DNA of 63,172 nt, counting the filler, from Perkinsus olseni (lineage: Eukaryota): assembly GCA_013115125.1 (NCBI GenBank). It is 6 parts of 6 records of this genome, joined end to end, with 100 filler letters (N's around TTAATTAATTAA, not from the genome) between each part and the next. Parts side by side here need not be neighbours in the genome. Positions count along the whole stretch, not along the records: positions 42,234 to 52,665 come from JABANN010000877.1; positions 52,766 to 63,172 come from JABANN010000878.1; 4 more parts are not named here. The stretch is one strand, 5' to 3'. A model generated the notes under the pieces. The model did not search any database and was not told the origin of the DNA. It worked only from the letters and a program-made list of their open reading frames with translations. The position numbers and the translations under genes were made by a program. Shown here one piece after another: positions 46,792-59,400 of the stretch (its first letter is position 1; every line of letters starts with the position of its first letter).

Positions 46792-47680
46792 CAGGGTGGC
46801 CGATCTTTCTTTCTTTCATTCTTTCCTTCAGAAAGAAAAGCTATTTTTCTCGAAGGAAAGCATGCCTATTTAAAATAGGCTATTTTTCACAGGAAAAATG
46901 AAAAAAAATATAAAATTTTGGGGGAAATTGGCGAAAAAACTGAGAAAAACGAAAGAAAAGGACGAAAAATGAAGAGAGCGAGACGTGATTCAATCACAGT
47001 GATTGATGAGAGCCATGCAGATGTGTCGTAGTTCAGAACTACCAGTTCTGATAGAAGTATGAACTTTCGGGAATTCTAACCAGTCGTTGGATCTCGTCGT
47101 CGGGTCCGACGACGACGTCTCCATAGACAGATTTGCAGGTCCTGCAATGCAGGATCACGCTTCTTCCGACGAACTGAAGAACTCAGAAGCTTCCATACGC
47201 ACGAAACTCGGCCTCATCAGACCAAGATAGCAAATGAGTTCGATGTGCGCTGTTAAGTAGAGCAATTAATCACGAGTGTGGATTGAGCAACTCATCCGGT
47301 AATAGATCTGTACTACAGATGAGTAGGTCTCGTCGTCCTTAAATCATAATTATCGAAGCCCTATGCCTCACGATTGGTCCTCCAATAGCGAATCCCCATG
47401 TTGCATTGCAGTGCCTGCAGAGTCGAAGTGACCACGGAGAGTGAAGGGGCGTTCACAGTTCACTTCATGGGCAGAGCTCCGCAAGACCGACATAACTTGC
47501 AACGGAAGTCGCGTCCAATATGCCGCGCTGTGCTCCCTTGCGGACTTTACCATGAAGTGTAGAAAGCCAGTCGAACCTATTGGATCCATTCCTTTGGCTT
47601 GCGGATCGCTCCTTAGCAAAAATTTTTCTATTTTGCCTGTTTTTCTCTATTTTTCGGCGGGACAAATAGGCATTTGCCAT
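46792..47680 (-). mobile_element. Possible hAT 3' remnant
   Basis: CAGGGTGGCC end, AT-rich subterminal region, weak dimerisation-domain-like QVMSVLRSSA...CERPF. Confidence 0.3.
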
Positions 47681-48664
47681 ATAATGTCGTCATTATCCCG
47701 AATAATAATAATGCGAGTGGTTTTAGCCAAGTTAGTGAACCGTAAGAAAACGTGAAAAATATGCTCAATGTATCCTCGAATCTTCCTCTACCACGAAGCC
47801 TGCGGGTCTGGCATTCTCAGCCCTTGGGTCAATCTCAGGCAGACGCCCTTAATGCTGTTCATGGGAATGGCTACGGCCTGTACTACAGGCCCTGTATCCT
47901 CCATCTCCATTGCGACACCCTGTAGCCTGCAGCTTATGGCAAAGGAGCCTTCACTATGGAGATGGATTCAGACTCAAGTTCAACTTTTCAACGAACATGG
48001 CAACACAATCGACATTGGGTGACTACTGTTTACCCCCTTGGTTAAAGGAAAACGGTCTGATCGCTACTGAGTATCATCATCTGATCAATCATGACTAACT
48101 GAGTCGGCCTCAGTGAGGTTGACGCGTCCTCGCCTGAGGTGAGTCGCCTCGAAAGAGAGCTTCATCTTCGCCGGATGCCTAGCGCCTCGCACACACTCGC
48201 CCAGATGAGGCAGAACGCAACAACATGCCCGCTACCGCTACACCACCACATCACTTTCGAGCCCTCAAGTGACGGGTCTGACCCGTCGGGTCATTAACCA
48301 GGTGGTTCACAATCTTTCAAAGAGATACCGCTTTCATCGTAATGAATGTCGGGCGCAAAGACCATCTGGAATGAACTGGAATGAACCATCTGGTACCAAA
48401 CAGCCCGACAGGGATTGGATTGAAGAAAACAAGAAGAGTCTTATGGTATATGATAATGCTGTCCCTGAAGCTGTGCTCTGGATCGAGCAGGTGGGCTGCA
48501 CGAAGAGATCGAGCCAGAATTGAGACAGCTTGCAGGCTGCGCTGGATATCAGCCGTACAGAGTGCCGCTGAGGAATATCTCGTCAAAAGTGGAGGTCCGC
48601 ACTTCGTCTCCACCGACGTTTCTATATGAACCTTCGGCTCCGAGGTGACCAAAGAAGGTTATCC

Positions 48665-49372
48665 TTATAGGTTATAGAAGAACCTTATGGGGCTCCGGGA
48701 GTACGGCCATAGTGTACCAGCTGGTGAAGTTGGCATATTGACCTGTGCTATGGCCGTAGCGACTACGGCGTAGTCCACGAGACCCATTCCGATAGGAGTG
48801 GCACTTCCTTGAGTGTCCAAGAACGAAGTATTAGTTTGTGGGGTATCGAGATAGACACGAGATTGTAAGTCGATACTGACAGATCCGAGGTTGTCTTGCT
48901 TGTTGGAGATGTGGTCGGTTGGGTTCAAGAACCATTTCACGTACAAACCTTGTCCATACCGCAGAAATAAATAAGCAGAGCCCGTCGTCTCCACGGTGAT
49001 ATTGGGGCTCTCGGCTGTACCGATACGATCCAGATAATTCACCCGCAGTGTCATAACCTTATATCGAGTCAATGGGTAGTTGGAAACGAGATTCATCCCC
49101 TCGGAGGTTTGGTTAACTCCATCAGAGTTCATTCCCCTCCAGACGCTAATGCAAGAGAAGTCCAGCATATGTACAGTGTCACGACTCTCTTCTCTATCTG
49201 GGCCATAAGCGCATCCTTGAGGATGATCAATGGTAACCTCTAGATCCTGGTCGATAGCAGTCACTACATGCACCACGTACACCAAGAACAAAAGTTTGAG
49301 GGGAAGCCAGCTAGAGCCACGCTTCTCAGTAGCAAAGCTGATAGTCGTCGAGGGCATCGAGAAGCGTGCCAA
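48665..49372 (-). CDS. Secreted hypothetical protein, ~230 aa
   Basis: Hydrophobic WLPLKLLFLVYVVHVVTA followed by a Ser/Thr/aromatic-rich domain; start codon uncertain. Confidence 0.6.
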   Translation of the reverse strand: MARFSMPSTTISFATEKRGSSWLPLKLLFLVYVVHVVTAIDQDLEVTIDHPQGCAYGPDREESRDTVHMLDFSCISVWRGMNSDGVNQTSEGMNLVSNYPLTRYKVMTLRVNYLDRIGTAESPNITVETTGSAYLFLRYGQGLYVKWFLNPTDHISNKQDNLGSVSIDLQSRVYLDTPQTNTSFLDTQGSATPIGMGLVDYAVVATAIAQVNMPTSPAGTLWPYSRSPIRFFYNL

Positions 49373-51337
49373 CTGGAATCAGAAATGTGAGTAGCACCTC
49401 AGACGAAACAATCTGAGCGATCTGGGGCTACCCCGGTCAAAGAAGATGATCGGGTTTTAATCTCGGACTGTCCGAGTCGGACGGAGTATTGTACCTTATA
49501 ACCCGATGTGCTCTAATTCTTGAACGATGACCGTTGAAGGCAGAGGTCAGTAAGCGAAGACAGTCTCTATCCGGTAAAGCGGGAGGGAAGAGATTACGCA
49601 TAGCGTGATCCATAGCGTGTGACGCTCGAGCTCGCACGCGAGCCCCAAGGAGCCAGACTGGAGGGACGACATCACCGGACTCTCTCACGAGCAACGCACA
49701 TGGGGAAGCCACGTGGGGAGCCTGAGGCTGACGGCCTCATCCGATAGGAGTGAAGACGGCTGTGGACTGAGCCTCAGCCGACGAGGCTGTGGTTAGCCAA
49801 CTCCGTACATACTCAAGTCACTTGGGCGCGCTCACAAATGTTTACTAAAGACAAGGTGCGAGGTCATCGCCAAGGTGCATCGGATGCACTGCATCCTTGC
49901 CATTCTCTATTGTATCGGGCTCGTGCAGTCCCCAGCGGGCACAGTATCGGGCAATCCTGCAGCACTTACTTAAATCCCCTTAAGGGTCTTGAGCCGAGAC
50001 TAGTTGGACTATACCTTTCTCAAATAGCCATACTGTACTGAGTTACAGTGCACGCTGACAATCAGCGATAACCGATACGGTGTCAGCTCGGAACTGCCGC
50101 GCCCGAGTATCTTCCCATGACACCGAACACCCTTCTATTTCACGTGTATTGTGAGTAGAGGTAGCCGCTGATCATAAGCACGTGATGTCGTTGATTACTC
50201 GACATCCTCACCGCGGTGCTATAAAGGAGCGGTATTTTTCGAATGCCGGCATGAGCACTTCAGAGAGGCGCTTGAGAGCCTCCAGTAAATCATTTCCGTC
50301 AATCCAGCGTATTACTTGGCCGTCGAGTTACAATAGCGGAGACCGATGCACAACGGGAGGTGTCCTCATGAGTGAGTCGTGCATCGCATTGGTGCTGCAT
50401 TGCAATTCTTCCGTACCATTTAGCAATGTTACGTTAAGACTATAGGATAGTCACTATACCGACTCACACACGCCTCCTGAGCTGAGCTGCGAACTTGGGT
50501 TCGTTTCTCTTTCATGCTTGACCGGGCGGTCAGGATCATCTACGGACTACTAACATTTTGGTCGAGGCGCCCGAGACTTGACAGCTTTGTTGTCCGAAAC
50601 AAGATGACCCAGACGGGGGTGTCCGAAGCGACGTACAGCTTAGTATGTGCTAGAATAAAGTGGCCGAGGGCCTTGGCCTAAGACAATACGGAGACGAGGA
50701 TGCCAACGAGCCGTCGATGTCTCGGACTGAGGCTCCCTACGGGGAAGTGTGCAAAGTGACCACTGCAGACCAGCAAGTGTCCGAGTCGGTCTACACCGGC
50801 CGTACGGCGTTATCCGAATTGACGGACCGGATGTGTCCGAAATTTGCAACCTTGAGACGTGAAGAACCGCTCCCACGGACAGTGCCCAGCTTTCAAGTTC
50901 GCGGAGTGTCAACACCATGTCTATGTTCGACATCTATGTAGTTCATCAACTTCGTGAACGCAACAACAAGCGAGTATTTGTGCGAGACCCTAACTCGTTG
51001 TAGTCAGACATAGAAAGTTCGACATAAAAAGTTCATAAAAAGCGGACGCTCCCCAATGAGAGCAAACAGCTATGGGTAACACATAGCGCTGATTAAGGAC
51101 TACCCTAATCCTGATAAAAGGCGAGATGGGCATCCCGTAGAAGGCTATCTTGATAAAGAGAAACGTATCCGGAAAAGCGCAACTGTCAGCAACCTCAATG
51201 ATACTTTCTTGAAGCGGCTTCATTCGTCGTGCTAAGATACGCAGACATTCGGCATTGACTTGTATAAGAGGAGGGCGCGGGATATTTACGGTCATACATG
51301 AGACAACAATAGGGCATTTCCAAGGTAGCAGCGGAAG

Positions 51338-52370
51338 CTAAACTTTCTCGACACCTGGGGGAACTCTCCTTGCTGTACACATAGAACGACAGCCAGCCCA
51401 ACAGCCCCTCCAATCAAGGCTGCGGCATTGAGAAGCGATCTTCCTCGGCAAGCCGGTATACCAGCAAATCGAGAAGAAGAGGAGGAAGTAGCCCAAGTAG
51501 GTGAGGAAGAAGGTGAAGAAGATGCCGTAGAAGGAGTACGAGCCATCGGAGTTGCACCTGTGCTTCAAGATTTTCGAGAGCGCGTAGTAGTATCAGCAGA
51601 CACTTACATCGACATGTTCACACCGAGAGCATTCTCTTCGACCACTTGCAGCGGCCCCACTCCAGTGTCTGGGCATTTTCCCTCATGCCCTTGGGAGACA
51701 GCAGGAACTCCGTAAACGCAGCTGTCGAGGTGGAACTTGTACTGCTTCCCACTGGTGGCTGAAATGAAAGGCTCCGCTAGTACCCATGGTCAGTGGACTT
51801 ACGATCGTGGAGGGACCAGTTCACAGCGTCGAGCAGGACATGACGGAGCAAGTCCATCATGACGGCGACTGTAGCAACCAGTATCATGTAGAAGGGGCCC
51901 CATTTCCTGATGTGGGGAGTGACGTTCTTCCGCTTCCTCAAAGTACCGACGAAGACCTGAGAACGCAGAATGGAGACGACCAGAGGCAGCGAGGAACTTA
52001 CAAATTGACATAAGTTAGTAAAGACTGCAAGAGTAAAGCCGAATGTGATAGAGTGTGCGACGCCGTTGAGCCCTGCTGAGCTTGCCACACCCAGAAGGCC
52101 CAGAACGAGCCCCGGCCAGCATCAGGATCCGACCTGAGTAGAAGAGACTGCCGAGCAGAAAGGCTCGCTGAGTCGGCCTACCAGGGCCGGGATCGACACT
52201 AACATGACCAAGAAGGACACGATGAAGGACTTGACGGCGCCTGCGTTGGATACCTGATAAGCTGGGTGAAGCTCTGAGGGGAGTTTTCTGGAAGCCCCAC
52301 CTCGTTCCCGCTGGCGGGAGCATCATCCTCGGCTAGGAGCACCGGCTTGTCCTGCGGCTCCTGTCATTCA
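51338..52370 (-). CDS. Multi-exon multi-pass membrane protein (ends approximate)
   Basis: TM exons KSFIVSFLVMLVSIPAL, FGFTLAVFTNLCQF, WGPFYMILVATVAVMMDLLRHVLLD and YGIFFTFFLTYLGYFLLFFSICW. Confidence 0.65.
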
Positions 52371-53187
52371 TCGCACTCTTCGTTTTCAGGCCTACGTGCG
52401 TCACCTAAATGACAGAGCACCTCCGAGGATATCGGACATCGGCAGGGGCCTTACGCAGAGACCCGATATCCTCGATTGCCATCAGCTCACTTGCTAGGGC
52501 GCGGTGCTGGGGGTATGAGGGAAAAGGAGGGAAACTCTCCTCAAGCTAGGGCGAATTATCGACAGACGCTCCTTCTTCAACGCGTTACGTCAACCGGCAA
52601 AGCGCTCCCAGAGCGTCGTGCACGCTATGCTTGACCTTAGCGACTGTTATGGGAGTTTGCGTTCANNNNNNNNNNNNNNNNNNNNNNNNNNNNNNNNNNN
52701 NNNNNNNNNTTAATTAATTAANNNNNNNNNNNNNNNNNNNNNNNNNNNNNNNNNNNNNNNNNNNNACCGGTGGCTATAGAAGCACCAACAGTGGATGGCG
52801 GTGCGGTGGCAGCGCTCATATAGAATATACGTGAAAAACCTGTAATCCTAGAGTAATCTCTATTCACCCCGCTAGGCGACCATACTGCAAACTCAGAACT
52901 CATCGTTATAGGGGTGGAATCTTCGTATTTTAGTACCTCTCATAATGGGGAAAGAGTGGTAATGATGGAAAGCTACATAACTGATAGTAAAGCAAGACGC
53001 TAGGGCAGTCGATGATGAGTAATCTGTTGCCGATAAAGAGGATGCTAAACAATACTCGAGCCAAATACCTCACGACAACTTGATCGTCTTCACCGTGACT
53101 AATCCCGAGGCAAAAATCAAACATTAGTAGTCTTAGTAGCTATGGTAGTAGTAGTAGTAGTAGTAGTAGTATAGTATACTTTCGCTT

Positions 53188-55550
53188 TTACCGGCGACCA
53201 GCCTTCTTGAGTTGCTCTAGCATCTCAGAATGACGAGTGCAGATACCACTACGAGATATCTTCTGAGTAGCAGTCATACACTTGTTATCAGAAGTCCAGG
53301 GATCACAGATGAGACCAACAGCAACTATCTTCTCCAATGGTGATAAGTTGCTCTTCTTATGGATCTCCGTCATATCCCTGAGGACCTCCTTATTGGCAGC
53401 GGGGTTGGCGAGTAGATCGTCAGCATCCTTATATTCAATCTTATTATTAGCAGCCCACTTCTCCAGGTTCTTAATATTAACTTGAACAAGGGCGACAGGG
53501 CGATCCATCGTACCATCGCCATATACCATTACACCACCGGCGAGAGCATTAACAAACTCTGAGGAGCCGTAGATGTTCTCCATGTTCTCCATAGCGATAT
53601 ACTCTCCACCCTTCAGCTTCACAAGATTCTTAACGCGATCAATGATACGTAAGGTTCCGTCAGGTAGCCATTCGCCAACATCACCAGTCCTGAACCATCC
53701 ATGTGGAAGATAGGACTTAGCCGTGAGATCAGTTAGCTTGTAGTAGCATCGACTAACACTAGGCCCGCGTATCATAACCTCACCACGACCAAGGCATGGG
53801 CAACCATCAGCATCCATAGTGTCCTTACTGAGATAGGGTAGACCAGCCTTGTCGAGGATCTCAGCTTCGCCATTGGCATCGACACACGAACGTAACATTA
53901 CTTCGATACCGGGTTCCTAAGATAGTGATAAGAAAGCGGTAACAGGCGAGAGACGGAACTTACCGGTGGTCCAACGTTGGAGCCTCGAGTATCCTCCATA
54001 AGAGATATGCAGCCGCCAGCACAGGTCTCAGTAAGACCATAACCCTGGATAACAGGGCACGAGAATACACTGAGGCAGAACTTCTGGACCTCAGGTGAGA
54101 GAGCACCACCTCCGGACAGGACAACGGCAACGTTGCCACCGAAGGCAGCCTTGATCTTATTGAAGAGGACGAGGTCGAATACAGGCGTGCTACGGCCATT
54201 ACTCATAGCGTGATATTTGTACCTGAAGGGGATATAGTGAGGAGATGATTTACAGGAAGTGAAGACTTACTCGAGAGCGGCTGAAGCGAGATCCTTCTTC
54301 CACTCGGAAAGATGAGAGAACTTGGCCTTAGCACCCTTCATGATGACCTCAAAAATCTTGGGTACACCCATAATGAGGTGAGGTTTGAACTCCTCCAACG
54401 CACCAGTAGGACGAGCACCAGCTCTAGTAATGGTATGGGGGTCAGCGTATCCGATGTGACCTCCCATAGAGAGTACACCAACATGAACAGCGAGCTCATA
54501 AATATGAGCCAAGGGAAGGTAGGCCAGATGAGTGAAATGCTCCGGGAAGTAGTCAATAACCAAAGGAATAACGGTAGCAATGGTAAAGCGGATTGACTTA
54601 TGGGGCATGACAACACCCTTAGGCCTACCAGTAGTACCACTAGTGTACATAACTACAGCAACGGAATCCTCAACACACTTGTGCATGGGATGCTTATCAA
54701 CGAGACCTTCACCAATCTTCAAGGCATCGTAATATTCAACAACCGTAATTCCTGAATCCTCAAAGCCGGTAAGATTGTCCTTGCAATCCTTAGGGTCCAC
54801 ATTCCAATTAGTATAAATAATATGCTTCAAGCTTGGCATCTCATCCTTCTTAGCGATAAGCTTACCAACGTTCTTCCTATTACAGAAGATAGTAGTAGCA
54901 CAACTCTCTTGAATAGATTGGGCTACAGCATCAGGACCAAGTGTACCGTATACTGTTGATATGAACATATCTTGGCTCCATGCACCCAAGGCAGTGGTAA
55001 TCCAAGCATCACAAGTATCCTCAAACATGATAACCGAGCAAGGACCTTGGCAGTCATCAGAGTTACCAGTATGAGGTTGAGCATGGTTACCGATACTCAC
55101 GAGATAAGCGCCCATTGCCCTGAGGTTGCATCCTAGCTGACCGAACGTGGTCCAGTTAGTCTTGCCAAACACTTTAACGGGAAATCTCTCGCCAACATCC
55201 TTGTAGCCAAGGAACTCTCGAACACCGAGAGCAGGGAAGTCGGGTTGATTGAGAACGTTAGAGTAGACCAAGTCCAAGCAAGTCTCAGCACCGGGGGCCC
55301 AAAAGCATACGGGCTTGAAGTCCTTCTTACCCGTCATAACACGGATTGGATCGCCATTCTGAGAGGAACGATGATGTACTGACCACTGCTGGTTGTCAAT
55401 GGGTGTTACCTCCTCCCCAACGATCTCAGAGTTATCCTGATCTTCCGGTTTTTTGAAGCTAAGCCTCCTAATCGGGCCTCCTGTAATGGCCCAGACCAGG
55501 ATGTCGAGGAATTTCAACACCCCAGTAGCAATAGATACGCCGATAGACAT
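53188..55550 (-). CDS. ACSL: Long-chain fatty acyl-CoA synthetase, three exons
   Basis: YTSGTTGRPKG, YLPLAHIYE, QGYGLTE, GWFRTGDVG, IIDRVKNLVKLKGGEY; GT-AG introns at ~54223-54271 and ~53917-53962. Confidence 0.95.
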
Positions 55551-56424
55551 CACAAACTACAGCGATAACAAATCTAATACCAAAACATGAGGTAATCTCT
55601 AGCCTGTCGAGTGGGATATGCCCGCTAAGAAAGGCTAGGAATGTAAATCGCGCGCGCCCTGGGGAGCTGCGCAATTTCCAAATCACTTCGTTGTTCTCTG
55701 TTCAACACAACATGAAGTGTCGGAAGGATCCTAGTTCTTCTCCTTGGGTATGCGTGCACTAGCACGCAGCACATTCTCATGGGACGAGTTTAAACCCGTA
55801 AATGATCATTTCTAAGGTCCATCATAACTTGACGGCTGAATATCGAGTCGTAGTGTGCCGTAACAGCGTGGGCACTTGAACTTGATGAGGTGTTTCTCTG
55901 AAGGTTCACGGGACTGTGGACGTTTAATAATGGAAGAAGACACTCCCGCGGTGGGCCCTCCGGCACCTGGAGAGTTAAGACAATCATCGAACATGACACT
56001 GAGCTCCCTCGGAGTATCCGAGGTTCAAGGTGGTGACCAAAACGAGACTGATGGTACGATAATCACTGTATAACAGCAGCGTAGATTGCAGATCCTCAGA
56101 CCCCAACACGCATCCTCGGTACACCGGAAGGACGATGTCGGCTACACCCATGACCAGGCGCTTCCAGAACCTAGTACACGGGGCACAGTCCTTGAGGAGG
56201 TTTTCAGCTGCTGATGCCAACGTCGTACTGAGGTGAGGCAGAAGGCTGGTCTCACGAGTACACACACGATTAGGGTTTAGGAAAAGCCTTCTGGAAAGGA
56301 AGATTATCACTCGGCGCGGTACACTGGATTTCTCATCGGTAGTGGATTCCCTGGTTAGGGGTATGATTAACAAGGAGAGATCAGATACAAAGGAGGACGA
56401 GCTACGGCAATCTCAGCCTTCCTG

Positions 56425-59400
56425 ATGATGATGATGATGATGACAGCACAACAGAGGCTTTGCGTGCGACTGCGCACTACACTATAGAGGACAATAACGA
56501 GCTTCAACCACCAGTGAGGGCAGACGAACAAATACCGTCACATCTCGTCAATCACGAACGTAAGAGGAGAGTAATCGGATTGTTTCTATGTTGAACAGCA
56601 CAGGCACCTTTGGCTTCAACTTCGACAATCGGTATAATCTGGTGTTCTTCCCGGATGGCGACAGATTCGCCTACAGTGTTGGACAGTTTACTAAAGTGTA
56701 GGTCCATAGACGGGCGCAGTTGTAATTATTATCAACCCTCAAGGCGGACTGTATCTCCCAACAACCTGCCGTGATGGGGAACTAGTTCTCCCCGCAATGA
56801 GTTCAAGTTCCCGGCTCACGAGAAACCATCGCCTCCGCTACCAGATACACCTTATCGAATGGTGAACAGCTGTCAATACCCAGCATAGACCAAGGAGGTG
56901 TTGGGGCACTGGCCATCGATCCATCTGGCAGCTATCTTGCTATAGGGGAGAAGTGTCACCATCGCCGCCCTAATGTGTACGATACTCTCATAAACATCGT
57001 GAAGAATGCGTCCTTGTTGTTCAGTTACATATACGACATCACAACGGACTTCCACACCGGGGACCGGTACCCAGCAGCTTTACACAGGATACTCCGGGGA
57101 GGTGACGACTGATAGCTGGGCAGGCGACACCTACCCTCCTTCAGGATCTGAACGTGGATACGCCTCTGTAGACTTCAGCCCGCATGACAAGACACAGATA
57201 TGTAGGGACCTGACGCGCACGCTTCCGTAGTTTAGATGGGAAGCGCAACGCTCAGGCACATTGGGTTGCTCCCCCGACTATTTGTTGTCTATATGGGATT
57301 GGCATTCGGAGAAGGTTCTACTCCGATGCAAAGCTTTTGGGCAGGAAGTCGTTAAATGTGTCTGGGGAAGGTTTCCAGGGACGCTGGTTACATATGGTAG
57401 GACCAGGGGTCGAACCCGGGGCCTTCGGTGTTGAGAGGACCATCTCTTCAGGAGTTGGGCATATACGATTCTGGAAGATGGCCAAGACATTCACTGGTTT
57501 GAAGCTTCAAGGGGATATCGGCAAGTTCGGCCAAGCTGAGCTCAGCGATATTGACGCTTACGTCCAACTGCCTGATGGGAAGGTCGTCACAGGTAGGGGG
57601 CGCGGAGATCGAACCTGGGCCGGTGGAATGGAAATTCTCGGCAGGCAGCGAGTACGGTAAACTGCTACTCTGGGAAGGAGTCTTCGTTAAGTGTGAAATG
57701 GTACGGACGCCGGAGGGAGGCGATACTGCTCGGCCATGCCATGATGGGCCTATCGGAGTGGTGAGGTTGCAGAGTCTATCTCGGACTTCACTTCTGCTGG
57801 GTCCAGGTCTTCATAGCTGATCTCAATACTGATGGGAAGGAGGGCGCGGTCTCGACGGTGGTGACGGGAGGCCACGACGGCTACATACGATGGTGGTCAT
57901 TCGAAGATGTTGATCAAGCTGAGCCTCCCGATGCTGATGATGGACAAGGACTTGATGTAAGGTCTGATATTGCGCATCTTACTACTACTACCTACAGGTT
58001 GGTATTACCATGCTCCAGGAGCTCAGAGTGCCTAGTGATAGTGGCTCATCCAGGTCTAGAATACAGCATATTGAGAGGTAGGTCGACTCTACTGTGGGAA
58101 GGATGATGGTGGTGATGTTGAGCAGGTCCAAGGACTCGACAAAATGGCTGGTACAAGACTCCTATCATGGTGTTATATGGCTGGTAAATATGGAGTCCAC
58201 GGTCCAACCTCAGATACTACAGGTAGGAACCGCTCCTATATATACTGGCTACTTGCCGTTCAGGTTATCAGAGCTCCAGCCGCGCCTCTCACAGGAGTGG
58301 GGCTAGTTATGGATGGCACCCCAGGAGAGCAGCCGACATCGATGGCGGTTGTCGGCGGGGAGGATGGCGCCATCCGTAGGGCTCTCTGGTATGTATCAGG
58401 CCCCTGCATCTCCCGTTATAGGAGCTTACAATGTCACTGTGGATACTCCAACCATGGCTGAGTATTTCCACTATAACCTGGAGTATGATGATGACGAGAA
58501 AGTGGTAAAAGTCACGTCGATGATTATGGTAAGAGGTCTCCCCCTCAGCATAGCAGCACATCATTACTACTGCTCTTCCCTGCTACAGGTGTCCTCCAAT
58601 AGCGTCATCGTTGGCTATGATGACGGAACGGTACCACTGCTCGCGACGGGCAGCAGTGATGGTACTCGCATCAGGTGCGTTGGTTATCCCTGACCTCTAA
58701 GGGCTTCACCCTATGTGGATCGTGGAAGCCTCACTCGAATACCCCAGTCGATATTATCCTCAGTAACCCCTACCATACCTTCTATGCATCTTCAGTCTGC
58801 CCTCTCAGAGTCGGACCACCTCCTCATCACCCTATCGAAGGCTGACTCTACAGCCTTCGGTTTCCGTATAGTCGAGTAAGCATCCATGGTCCATGCTGTG
58901 TCACTGTTATTACTCGACCGTAAGGTCCCCAGCCACTCTTCTTCCCCTCGGATTCATCCAAGTAGAAGACAATAGCATCACATCGGCCGCTCTTGAGGGA
59001 CCTAAGCTGCTACTGGCGCTGAGCGATGGCAGCTTACGGGAGTACGACCTCTCCACAACGGTACGCAATCCTTTTTGTGGCGCGTGACGAATTCAGGCTA
59101 CGTCTCTTCAGATGAGCGCGGACCTAGCAGCGGTCGAGTCCTATAGCTTATCGACGCTGGCGGGTCGTCAGCTCGTACCGGTCATCCCATCGCCTGCTAG
59201 GATTAGGAATATGAAAAGGAGAGAGGCCAAGGTGAGGGCTCAGAGCGAGGAGCCTCGTGATGGGAAGGAGGAGGAGGGAGAGCACGAGGAGGAGAGTGAT
59301 GGTAAGTCACACTGTGGAAGGTCATTATGGAAGGGTATAGTCCCAGATGGATTCATCGAAGAGCCTGAAGTTGAGATGGCTAAGGAGGGTTACGTCACAG

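Noticed and set aside
49437-50400. Possible decayed gag-like frame
   Set aside because: Too many stops and no clear motif.
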